IMG/VR virus record: IMGVR_UViG_3300005259_000081
Span: 1 to 40,730 of that record
Strand: one strand, 5' to 3'
Length of the DNA: 40,730 bases
Origin: a virus
Lineage: Duplodnaviria; Caudoviricetes
The notes under the pieces are model-generated. The model was given only the letters and a program-made list of their open reading frames with translations. It searched no databases and was not told where the DNA came from. Both the position numbers and the translations under genes were made by a program. Of the stretch, positions 16,100-24,207 are shown one piece after another (positions within the stretch are counted from its first letter, which is position 1; the number at the start of each line of letters is the position of its first letter).

Positions 16100-17583
16100 T
16101 CATCACTAAACGCTACAAAGCCGAACCGACGCTGGTGCTATTTCATCAGGACGATTCGTTTGTCCGCGGAGTGTTGGGGCCGATCGGCAGCGGTAAGTCG
16201 GTGGCGATGGTGGAAGAGATTTTGATGCGCAGTTTCGCCCAGGAGCCGGACCAGTACGGACGGCGGCGGACGCGCTGGGCGGTGATCCGCAATACCTATC
16301 CCGAGCTAAAATCGACCACGATTAAAACGTGGCTGGAATGGGTTCCCAATGAGGTTTGCAAGATCAAATATGACGCGCCGATCAACGGCATGATGAAACA
16401 GGCGTTGCCGGACGGTACGACGATTGAGATGGAAATCTATTTTCTGGCGCTGGATTCGGCCAAGGACGTCAAAAAACTGCTGTCGCTGGAACTGACCGGG
16501 GCGTGGATCAATGAAGCGCGGGAAATCCCGAAATCGATTTTTGACGGTGTGACCAGCCGCGTCGGCCGGTTTCCGCCCAAGGCGGACGGGCCGCTGACGT
16601 GGTCGGGCGTGATCATGGATACGAATCCGCCTGACGATTTGCATTGGTGGTACAAGTATGCGGAAGAGACAAAGCCGGAAGATTATAAGTTCTGGCGTCA
16701 GCCCGGCGCGTTGATCAAGCAGCCGGACGGGCGCTATGTGCCGAATCCGTTGGCCGAAAACGTCGATAACCAGCCGCTCGGCTATACCTACTGGACGCGT
16801 CAGATTGCCGGGAAAGACCCGGAATGGATCAAGGTAATGATCCTGGCGGAATATGGCTGTCTGTTCGACGGCAAACCGGTCTATCATGAGATGTACATCG
16901 ACAAAATTCACTGTGCGGAAAACCCGCTGGGGATTCTGAGCGATCGGCCGCTGATATTGGGTTGGGACTTCGGCACGACTCCGGCCTGCGTGGTCGGGCA
17001 GATTTCCCGCCGGGGCCAGTTGCGGATCCTGCGCGAGTTCTGGAGCGACGGCAGCGGGATCAGACAATTTGCCGAAAACGTGGTCAAACCGGCCTTAGCG
17101 ATGGAGTTCAAAGGTTTTGAGCTGATTTCGACCGGTGACCCGGCAGGGGCGCAACGGAGTCAGGTTGATGAGGCAACGTGCCTAAATGAGCTCGGCAAGT
17201 GCGGTATCCCGACCACTCCGGCAAGCAGCAACGTATTTATGACGCGGCGGAACGCGGTCTGTTCCTATCTCAACCGGATGAGCTACGGCGAACCGGCTTT
17301 TATGCTCGATCCCAGCTGCAAGATGTTACGGCGCGGTTTTAACGGCGGTTACATGTTTGAGGTGGTACAAAAGGTGATGAGCGGCGGGGAAGTGCGCCAC
17401 AAGGAGGAACCGGCAAAAAACATGTATAGCCATCCTCACGATGCGTTGCAATATCTGGCGATGGCGGCCGATCCGGAACGGGCCAACGCGGAGAAGGCAA
17501 AAACCGAAATCATGGCGGCGTCGATGCGCAGTCAGCAATTACAACAAATCAACGGCGGCGGGTATGATCCGTTTGCGGTATGA
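16096..17583 (+). CDS. terL: Terminase large subunit
   Basis: GPIGSGKS Walker A, WINE Walker B, TNPP, GWDFG and HPHDALQY nuclease motifs. Confidence 0.95.
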   Translation: MIITKRYKAEPTLVLFHQDDSFVRGVLGPIGSGKSVAMVEEILMRSFAQEPDQYGRRRTRWAVIRNTYPELKSTTIKTWLEWVPNEVCKIKYDAPINGMMKQALPDGTTIEMEIYFLALDSAKDVKKLLSLELTGAWINEAREIPKSIFDGVTSRVGRFPPKADGPLTWSGVIMDTNPPDDLHWWYKYAEETKPEDYKFWRQPGALIKQPDGRYVPNPLAENVDNQPLGYTYWTRQIAGKDPEWIKVMILAEYGCLFDGKPVYHEMYIDKIHCAENPLGILSDRPLILGWDFGTTPACVVGQISRRGQLRILREFWSDGSGIRQFAENVVKPALAMEFKGFELISTGDPAGAQRSQVDEATCLNELGKCGIPTTPASSNVFMTRRNAVCSYLNRMSYGEPAFMLDPSCKMLRRGFNGGYMFEVVQKVMSGGEVRHKEEPAKNMYSHPHDALQYLAMAADPERANAEKAKTEIMAASMRSQQLQQINGGGYDPFAV

Positions 17584-18107
17584 GGTTAAAAATGTTTGAC
17601 GTAACTAAATTTGAGCTGCGGGTGGCGACTCCGGCGGAACTGGCGGCGGCCTGGTCGCTGATGGTCGGCGAGGGTAAGTTGCACCGCTGTTTTCCGGCGG
17701 CGTCCGGCATGGGGCGCGATCGATTTGTGGAACGTTTGACGGTCGGCAGCTGGTCATATATCGGTATTTATGACGGCAAACCGGCGGGGCTGGCGTGGAT
17801 CAATCATTTTGAGCAGAAAACGGCCCGGCTGGCGTTTTGCGCATTCGGCGCGTCGCGCTGGGTGCTATTGCCGTTGATTGCGGAGAGCGCCGGGCGGTTG
17901 ATCCGGTTGCGCGGGGCGGATGGAAAATATTGTTTCAACGCGCTGCTGGGCTATATCCGGCCGGACAATCGGCTGTCGGTTAAAGTGGCTTTATCGGTCG
18001 GGTTCCGTCCGGCGGGATTGATCCCGGGATATTATCCCGATGGCGCGGACGCGGAAATTTACGCATTAACCAGGAGTGACGACGATGCGAAAAAAGAGAT
18101 GGCTTAA
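17580..18107 (+). CDS. GNAT-family acetyltransferase-like protein
   Basis: DNRLSVKVALSVGFRPAGLIPGYY motif B pattern. Confidence 0.7.
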   Translation: MRLKMFDVTKFELRVATPAELAAAWSLMVGEGKLHRCFPAASGMGRDRFVERLTVGSWSYIGIYDGKPAGLAWINHFEQKTARLAFCAFGASRWVLLPLIAESAGRLIRLRGADGKYCFNALLGYIRPDNRLSVKVALSVGFRPAGLIPGYYPDGADAEIYALTRSDDDAKKEMA

Positions 18108-18111
18108 AATT

Positions 18112-18339
18112 ATGTTTGGTGATGAAGACGGAGGAGGAGGCTTGAGCGTGGTAACTCCGGCTCCGAGTCCGGCGCCGAGTCCGGTTGCCAAGGAAACGTC
18201 AACGGACGTCCAGAACTCAAAAGAGGACGAAAAGCGGAGAAAGGCGGCGCAAAGCGGGTACAGCAGTACCAACCTGACCGGCGGCGCGGGTTTGACCGGG
18301 GCGGCCAATACTGCGAAAAAAACGCTGTTGGGAGAATAA
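18112..18339 (+). CDS. Small virion/assembly protein preceding the portal
   Basis: MFG..P-rich..STNLTGG.GL..KKTLLG pattern typical of the gene before podovirus portals. Confidence 0.7.
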   Translation: MFGDEDGGGGLSVVTPAPSPAPSPVAKETSTDVQNSKEDEKRRKAAQSGYSSTNLTGGAGLTGAANTAKKTLLGE

Positions 18340-18340
18340 C

Positions 18341-20080
18341 ATGACAACATCAATCACCGCCGACCAGATTGTCCGCAATATGGACCAGATGCGCACGGAG
18401 CGTCTGGAACTCAACCGGCAACTGGAAGAGTGCGCGGCGCTGGCGTGTCCCGAAAAGCTCGGCATGTTGTTCGACGGCGGCAATAAAGACAGTGACCGGC
18501 GGCCAGCAAAAATAATCATAGACACAGTTTCAGAGGCAAATTCAATCCTTGCTCGCGGTTTGTATTCCAACCTGACCCCGCCGGGGGCGCAGTGGTTTAA
18601 AATTTCCTGTCGCGACAAAAAATTATCGGAAATCGAGGAGGTTAAGACCTGGTTTAACAAAAGCAGCGAAACGCTGTTTATGCTGTTGGCCGACTCCAAT
18701 TTTAACATGGAAATCTGCGAGGCGTTTGAGGACCTCGGCTGGGCGGGGTTTGTCAATATGTACGTCGAGCCGGACGCGGTCCGCAAGTTTCGTTTCTGCA
18801 ATCTGCACGTCAGCGAGTTTTACTGTCAGGAAAACGCGCAGAAAGAGATCGATACCGTTTACCGCGAATTTAAGCTGACGGCGCGCCAGCTGGTGGAGAT
18901 GTTCGGGGCCGAGGGCGACACCATTCCGAAAAAGATTGCCGAACTGGCCGCAAGTACGGATTTCGCCAAACAAACCCAGCAATTCAGCGTCATTCACGCG
19001 GTTTATCCGAACCGTGAGCGGCAACGCGACAGCAACGGTAATCCGCTGCCGGACAACAAAAACAAGGCGTTTCGCTCGATTTACGTCTGCCGCGACGAAA
19101 AAGCGATCATCCGTGAATCGGGTTACGATGACAATCCGCACACGGTCGCGCGGTTTGAGAAAAAAAGCAAGAGCATTTACGGGTTTTCTCCCTGCCGTCG
19201 GATTCGCCGTACCGCGATGACCATGAATAAAGTCTGGTGGACGGTGTTGAAAATGGGCGACAAGCTGGTCGACCCGCCGGTGATGATGGATGCGGCCGCT
19301 TATCGCGGTTTAACCCCGCAATTTTTCCAGAATCCCGGCGCGGTGAATATGTATGACAGTTCGGCTGCCGGTGGTAACGGGAAGCCGGAATTTTTACAGA
19401 TTCCCTCGCAGTTGCCCTATGGTATCGAGATTCTCAATCTGCTGAAAAACGACATCGAAAAGGCGTATTTCGTCAACCTTTTCCAGATGTTGCAACAGCT
19501 CTATGAGCAGTCGAAAACCCAGCGGACGGCCTACGAGGTCATGCAGCTGGTCGCCGAAAAAATGGCGATGGTGATTCCGGTGGTCGGGCGGCTGCTGGAG
19601 GAGCTGCTGGGGCCGATCATCCTTAAATGCTGGCGGATCGCCTACCGGGCGGGAGCGTTCGGTCAGTGTCCGGTGGTTGGTCTGAATAAAGAGCCTTTAC
19701 CCGCCGACTTGCTGCCGGTTGACGTGTCGTTTGACTCGCCGCTGGCGCTGGCGGCCAAACAGGCGGTCAGCAAGGGCGTAATGGATGGAATCAATGCGCT
19801 GGCGTCGGTGGCGCAGTTGGACGGCGGCGCGTGTTTTGACTACATCGATACGGATAAATTGGCGGGGATGGTGTTGGATATTTACGCAGTAAGTCCGGAC
19901 TTGATCCGGTCGGAAACAAAAGTGCAAGACATCCGCAAAATTCGCCAGGAGGCGGCGGCTCAGCAGCAACAACAGGCGATGTTGCTGGAAGCGGCCAAAA
20001 GCCAGAACCTGACTGGGCCGATCGATCCGCAATCGGCGGCGGCGCGGCTGTTGCCGGGAGGGCTGACCGGTGGAAAATAA
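18341..20080 (+). CDS. Portal (head-tail connector), T7/BPP-1-like
   Basis: LTPPGAQWF, IDTVYREF, ARF..YGFSP, RTAYEV, SPLA; 579 aa. Confidence 0.9.
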   Translation: MTTSITADQIVRNMDQMRTERLELNRQLEECAALACPEKLGMLFDGGNKDSDRRPAKIIIDTVSEANSILARGLYSNLTPPGAQWFKISCRDKKLSEIEEVKTWFNKSSETLFMLLADSNFNMEICEAFEDLGWAGFVNMYVEPDAVRKFRFCNLHVSEFYCQENAQKEIDTVYREFKLTARQLVEMFGAEGDTIPKKIAELAASTDFAKQTQQFSVIHAVYPNRERQRDSNGNPLPDNKNKAFRSIYVCRDEKAIIRESGYDDNPHTVARFEKKSKSIYGFSPCRRIRRTAMTMNKVWWTVLKMGDKLVDPPVMMDAAAYRGLTPQFFQNPGAVNMYDSSAAGGNGKPEFLQIPSQLPYGIEILNLLKNDIEKAYFVNLFQMLQQLYEQSKTQRTAYEVMQLVAEKMAMVIPVVGRLLEELLGPIILKCWRIAYRAGAFGQCPVVGLNKEPLPADLLPVDVSFDSPLALAAKQAVSKGVMDGINALASVAQLDGGACFDYIDTDKLAGMVLDIYAVSPDLIRSETKVQDIRKIRQEAAAQQQQQAMLLEAAKSQNLTGPIDPQSAAARLLPGGLTGGK

Positions 20081-20366
20081 ACAAATCGAGGCTTGGAGTA
20101 AACGCCGGGACCGGATCGCTGCTTTAAAGCGGATTGCGGCAACCGACGACGGCAAGTTGGCGCTGGAATTGATCGCGGAGTATGCGCTGGAGGGACAGCA
20201 GGCCTATGTCCCGGGCGCGGCAACCGATCAGACCATTTTTCGTAATGGTCAGCAACAAGTAATGATCGATCTGCGGTCGCTGCTGGCAACGGATTTAGTG
20301 TCGATGAATCAACAAATTTTGGCAATGGCAGAGTCCATTAAAGAACAGGAGGAAGTGGATTTATGA
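20070..20366 (+). CDS. Bbp19-like small phage protein
   Basis: TDDGKLALE..TIFRNGQQQV pattern directly after the portal. Confidence 0.7.
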   Translation: MENKQIEAWSKRRDRIAALKRIAATDDGKLALELIAEYALEGQQAYVPGAATDQTIFRNGQQQVMIDLRSLLATDLVSMNQQILAMAESIKEQEEVDL

Positions 20367-20854
20367 GCAAAAAGTATGAATTGAACGGCAATCAGGTGTT
20401 GCGCGACGGTGTGGTCGTGGCGACGATCGGCGAGGACGGCGCGGTGAATTGTACCGAAGAGGGCGCTAAATATCGCTCCTGGATCGTCAACTTTCTGAAA
20501 AATCCGGCCGAGGAAGAGGACGACGGCGAGGATGACGCGGACCAGACAGGGACCGGGGCGGGATCGGGTGAAAATGGCGCAGCTTCGGCGCCGAATCAGC
20601 CCGGCAGCTCTGAACCACCGGCGGCGAATACGACCGCAACGCAGACCCCGCAACCGCCCCCCGCTCCGGCTGCTCCTGCGGCAACGGCAACCCGTCCCGG
20701 CACGGTGCGCGAACTGATTGCGGCCATGCAGCCGCATATTGAGGAGGTTTGCCCGGCGATGACCCCGTGGGAGGGGGACCGGACCCCGGCCGTGCTGGCA
20801 TGGTTGCAGCGCCACGATGAAGTGAGAATAACCATTTTGAAAAGTGAGGCTTAA
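20363..20854 (+). CDS. Hypothetical protein with acidic and Pro/Ala/Thr-rich linker
   Basis: Overlapping start and stop with both neighbours. Confidence 0.65.
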   Translation: MSKKYELNGNQVLRDGVVVATIGEDGAVNCTEEGAKYRSWIVNFLKNPAEEEDDGEDDADQTGTGAGSGENGAASAPNQPGSSEPPAANTTATQTPQPPPAPAAPAATATRPGTVRELIAAMQPHIEEVCPAMTPWEGDRTPAVLAWLQRHDEVRITILKSEA

Positions 20855-21819
20855 TGATGAGATTCGGCAAGATGTTTTTTGCCCCTGATACCGGCGCACC
20901 GGCAGGCGGCGGTACCGGCGGCTTTGATGCCAGTGTGTTGACCGGGGAACCCGCGACTACTCCGGCGGCGGTCGTTCCGGCGCAGGATACGACCGCGCCG
21001 CAGACCGTAGCGACGCAGACCCAGCAAACTACTCCGGCGGCGGTGTCGCTGGTCGATGCCTCGGGCAATCTGGCGCAGAATTGGCGCGATTCGCTGCCGG
21101 AAAATCTGCGCGGGGAAAAGACGCTGGAGAATTTTAAGGATATCGCCGGGCTGGCCTCGGCGCTGGTCAACACGAAAAAGCTGGTAGGAGTCAACAGTAT
21201 CAAGCTGCCGGATCAGCACAGCAGTGAAGCGGATTGGGCGGCGTTTTATGACAAAGTCGGCCGTCCGGCGAAAGCCGAAGATTACCAGTTCGAGCGCGAC
21301 CAGCGTATCCCGGAGGCTCTGCGCGACAGCAAAAACGTGCAGGAGTTCCGCCAGACCGCCCACGCGCTCGGCCTGAGCCAGAAACAGGTCGCCGGGTTGA
21401 TCAAAATGTACGACGGCCAGATGGCAAACGGTCTGGCCACTGCCGTGCAGAAAGCCGATCAGGAGCGCCAGACCAATCTGGCGGCGCTAAAAACCGAGTG
21501 GGGCGACAATTACGACGCCAACGTCAATCAGGCGGTCATGGCGTTGAATGTGTTGGACCCGAAACAGGAGTTGTCCAAATCGATCCCGGCGGGAAATCCG
21601 GCGTTTATCAAGCTGTTGAGCAAGGTGGCGACAATGATTGGCGGCGACGCGATGGTGCGGCAGCCGGGCGGCGGTAGTCAGTTAACCGATATTGAAGCAC
21701 AAATGTCGGCTATTCAGAACAACCCGGCTTACCGTAATCCGGCCAATCCCGATCAAAAACGATTGATCGCTCAATATAGTTTATTGGCGGGGCAACGCCT
21801 CGCCTTGCAGCAGAAATAA
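20854..21819 (+). CDS. Capsid scaffolding/assembly protein
   Basis: WRDSLPE, GRP..DY, GLSQKQ, LKTEWG..Y; position before the capsid gene. Confidence 0.8.
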   Translation: MMRFGKMFFAPDTGAPAGGGTGGFDASVLTGEPATTPAAVVPAQDTTAPQTVATQTQQTTPAAVSLVDASGNLAQNWRDSLPENLRGEKTLENFKDIAGLASALVNTKKLVGVNSIKLPDQHSSEADWAAFYDKVGRPAKAEDYQFERDQRIPEALRDSKNVQEFRQTAHALGLSQKQVAGLIKMYDGQMANGLATAVQKADQERQTNLAALKTEWGDNYDANVNQAVMALNVLDPKQELSKSIPAGNPAFIKLLSKVATMIGGDAMVRQPGGGSQLTDIEAQMSAIQNNPAYRNPANPDQKRLIAQYSLLAGQRLALQQK

Positions 21820-21846
21820 CACAACCAACAGTTCTTTAAGTTTAAT

Positions 21847-21870
21847 AGCCCGGATTTTTCCGGGTTTTTT
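21847..21870 (+). terminator. Intrinsic terminator
   Basis: GCCCGGA/TCCGGGT stem plus T run. Confidence 0.75.
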
Positions 21871-21881
21871 ATTTTAGTGGC

Positions 21882-21916
21882 TTGACAAATTCACGCTGGT
21901 AATACAAAGTAATACC
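21882..21916 (+). promoter_or_regulatory. Capsid promoter region with second copy of the 20-bp box
   Basis: TTGACA at 21882; TGGTAATACAAAGTAATACC at 21897-21916. Confidence 0.65.
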
Positions 21917-21941
21917 TAGATACGATCCTTTTCCTTATGTT

Positions 21942-22103
21942 GCGGATTATCTCGATTCTGACGGGGCGGTGGAGCAGTAAGGCCGCCCCGTCGGGAGCGG
22001 GACCCGCCCCCGGGATCGTCTACGAGACCCGAAAAGCATTAAAGTTTTGGACTATCCAGGTGCAATGCCTCGGACCCGGAACGTCAAGCCGACGGATTAT
22101 CTC
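21942..22103 (+). ncRNA. Structured capsid 5' leader (candidate cis-regulatory RNA)
   Basis: Nested stems with G-U pairs and three copies of the GG-AYUA-UC/GA-C-CC internal loop. Confidence 0.65.
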
Positions 22104-22157
22104 AAAAAAAGTTTCCCCCGTTCCAAGCATTAATCAACTTTTTTGAGGTAACATTTT

Positions 22158-23057
22158 ATGTTCAACACTATTAATCAAGTGTGGATCGATACGTATAAGG
22201 ACAATTTAATCCACTCCCTGCAGCAGAAAGATTCCCGCCTGGTCGCTTTGGTTTCCAACGATACCATGCGCGGCGAAAAAACCCGCTTCAACTACATCGG
22301 CAAAGCCGCGATGCACGAAAAGACCGACAAGGGCGCCGATACCGTGTTCGACGATCTGACTTTTTGGAACCGCTGGATTTCCCGGCGCCGTTTCCTGTAC
22401 GACACGCTGTTGGATCAGGACGAAGATATCGAAAATCTGGCCACCAATCCGACCAGCGACATTGTCAAAGCGGCAATGATGGCGGCCAAGCGGCAGAAGG
22501 ACATCGTCATCGTCAACGCATTTTTCGGCACGGCATGGACCGGCAAAGAAGCCGAAACCGCCGTAGAGTTCCCGGACGCGCAGAAGCTCAATATCCAGCT
22601 CGGCAGCCCTTCCGGCGCTCCGGCGAATATCGGTTTGACGCTGGCCAAGATTCTCGAAGCTAAATATCGGTTTGATGCGGCCGAAATCGACCCCGACGAA
22701 CCCCGATATATGGGCGTAACGGCGTATCAGGTCAAAGAGCTGTTGAATACGACCGAAATCAAAAACGCCGATTACAACTCGGTTAAGGCGTTGGCTGAAG
22801 GCAAAATTGACACGTTCGCCGGTTTCAAATTCATTCAGACAGAGCAGTTTCTCCATTCGGATGATAAGACCATTCGCTATCTGCCGGCCTGGACTCAGGA
22901 GTCGGTCAAGTTCGCGGTATCTACCGACATCCAGGTCAATATCACGGTTGAATCGCTGAAAAACAACTCATACCACCCGCATGTCGAAATGGCTTGCGGT
23001 GCGGTGCGTCTGTTCGATGAAGGCGTGATTATGGTTCCCTGCGCCGAAACCCATTAA
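22158..23057 (+). CDS. Major capsid protein
   Basis: LQQKDSRL, LLNTTEIKNADYN..LAEGKIDTFAGFKFI, GAVRL. Confidence 0.9.
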   Translation: MFNTINQVWIDTYKDNLIHSLQQKDSRLVALVSNDTMRGEKTRFNYIGKAAMHEKTDKGADTVFDDLTFWNRWISRRRFLYDTLLDQDEDIENLATNPTSDIVKAAMMAAKRQKDIVIVNAFFGTAWTGKEAETAVEFPDAQKLNIQLGSPSGAPANIGLTLAKILEAKYRFDAAEIDPDEPRYMGVTAYQVKELLNTTEIKNADYNSVKALAEGKIDTFAGFKFIQTEQFLHSDDKTIRYLPAWTQESVKFAVSTDIQVNITVESLKNNSYHPHVEMACGAVRLFDEGVIMVPCAETH

Positions 23058-23136
23058 CCCTATCCCCGGTCGCCGTCGGTTTTTACCCCATCCGGCGGCG
23101 GCCTTTTAACTTCAATTTTGCAAGGAGTTTTTTATT

Positions 23137-23544
23137 ATGACTGTTAAAAAATCTGACGGGATGGTCGCGGATACTCTGGTCCTGCAGCCGCTTGATGCGG
23201 TCCAGCACGGCGGCAAGCTGCGGATCAATGTTTGCAAGTATGTCGGCGACGGCACGGAAGCCGCTGCCGACGTGATCCAGCTCTGCAAGCTGCCGAAAGG
23301 CGCCAAGCTGATCCCACACCTGTGCTACGTCAACGGCAACCAGGCCACTACTAAAGCCTATCTGACCGGCTACACCAACACCGCCGGGAATGCGCTCAAT
23401 GCCTATTCGACGTTTGCCTCGGCGGCGCTGAACGCGGATGAGGCGCTGCTGGGCGCTGAAACCATTGTGACGGCGACGCTGGTCGGCGGCGGCATTACCG
23501 CGAATAACGCCATTTATTTCGGCATCGTTTACGCTCAGTTGTAA
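23137..23544 (+). CDS. Probable capsid decoration/minor head protein
   Basis: GGKLR..DVIQLCKLPKGA pattern after the capsid gene; strong RBS. Confidence 0.65.
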   Translation: MTVKKSDGMVADTLVLQPLDAVQHGGKLRINVCKYVGDGTEAAADVIQLCKLPKGAKLIPHLCYVNGNQATTKAYLTGYTNTAGNALNAYSTFASAALNADEALLGAETIVTATLVGGGITANNAIYFGIVYAQL

Positions 23545-23553
23545 CACCACCCC

Positions 23554-23599
23554 GACGGCCGGACGGTTTCACCTTTCCCGTTCCGGCCGTCGGTCTTTT
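23554..23599 (+). terminator. Hairpin/terminator after the head genes
   Basis: GACGGCCGGA/TCCGGCCGTC stem followed by GGTCTTTT. Confidence 0.6.
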
Positions 23600-23610
23600 C
23601 GGGGGCATCC

Positions 23611-24207
23611 ATGCAACTTACTCAATCGACGATTTCGGTTTGGAATCAGGCGCTGGCCCGGTTGGGACAGACGGAGATGGTCAACCCGGACGACAATTCG
23701 CCGGGCGCAGTATTGTGCCGTCTGCACTACGAAGCCGCGCTCGATGACGTGCTGCGGCTGCATCACTTTAATTGTGCGCTGGCCCGGGCCGAACTGGCGC
23801 GGCTGGCCGATGCTCCGGTGTTCGGCTGGTCTTATGCCTATGCGCTTCCGTCCGATTACATCGCAATCCTGAGCATGGACAATCCCGCGATCAAGTACAA
23901 AATCGAGGGCAATTCGCTGCTGACCAATGCGGAGGCGGCGCGCATCATCTACACCCGGCGGCTGACCGATGAATCGAAATGGTCGCCCGGTTTGCGTCAA
24001 TGCGTGGTCCTGCTGCTGGCGGCGCGGATCGAACCCCGCCTGACGCAGTCGTCCGGGACCGGCTTGCTCGGCGAACTGTATAATACCGCGCTGCCGCTGG
24101 CCCGTGCGGCCGATGCCTGGGAAAACAATGGTTTCGTACCCCGTAACGGCTGGCTTAATCCGGAATGTCCGCCGGAGGGCGGCGGCTGGGTGACGGAGGG
24201 CCGCTAA
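23611..24207 (+). CDS. Tail tubular protein A (adaptor, T7 gp11-like)
   Basis: NQALARLG, FNCA, YAYALPSDY, KIEG. Confidence 0.85.
   Translation: MQLTQSTISVWNQALARLGQTEMVNPDDNSPGAVLCRLHYEAALDDVLRLHHFNCALARAELARLADAPVFGWSYAYALPSDYIAILSMDNPAIKYKIEGNSLLTNAEAARIIYTRRLTDESKWSPGLRQCVVLLLAARIEPRLTQSSGTGLLGELYNTALPLARAADAWENNGFVPRNGWLNPECPPEGGGWVTEGR

Noticed and set aside
21937-22146. 69-aa ORF upstream of the capsid gene
   Set aside because: No RBS and an unremarkable sequence; the region is better explained as a structured leader.
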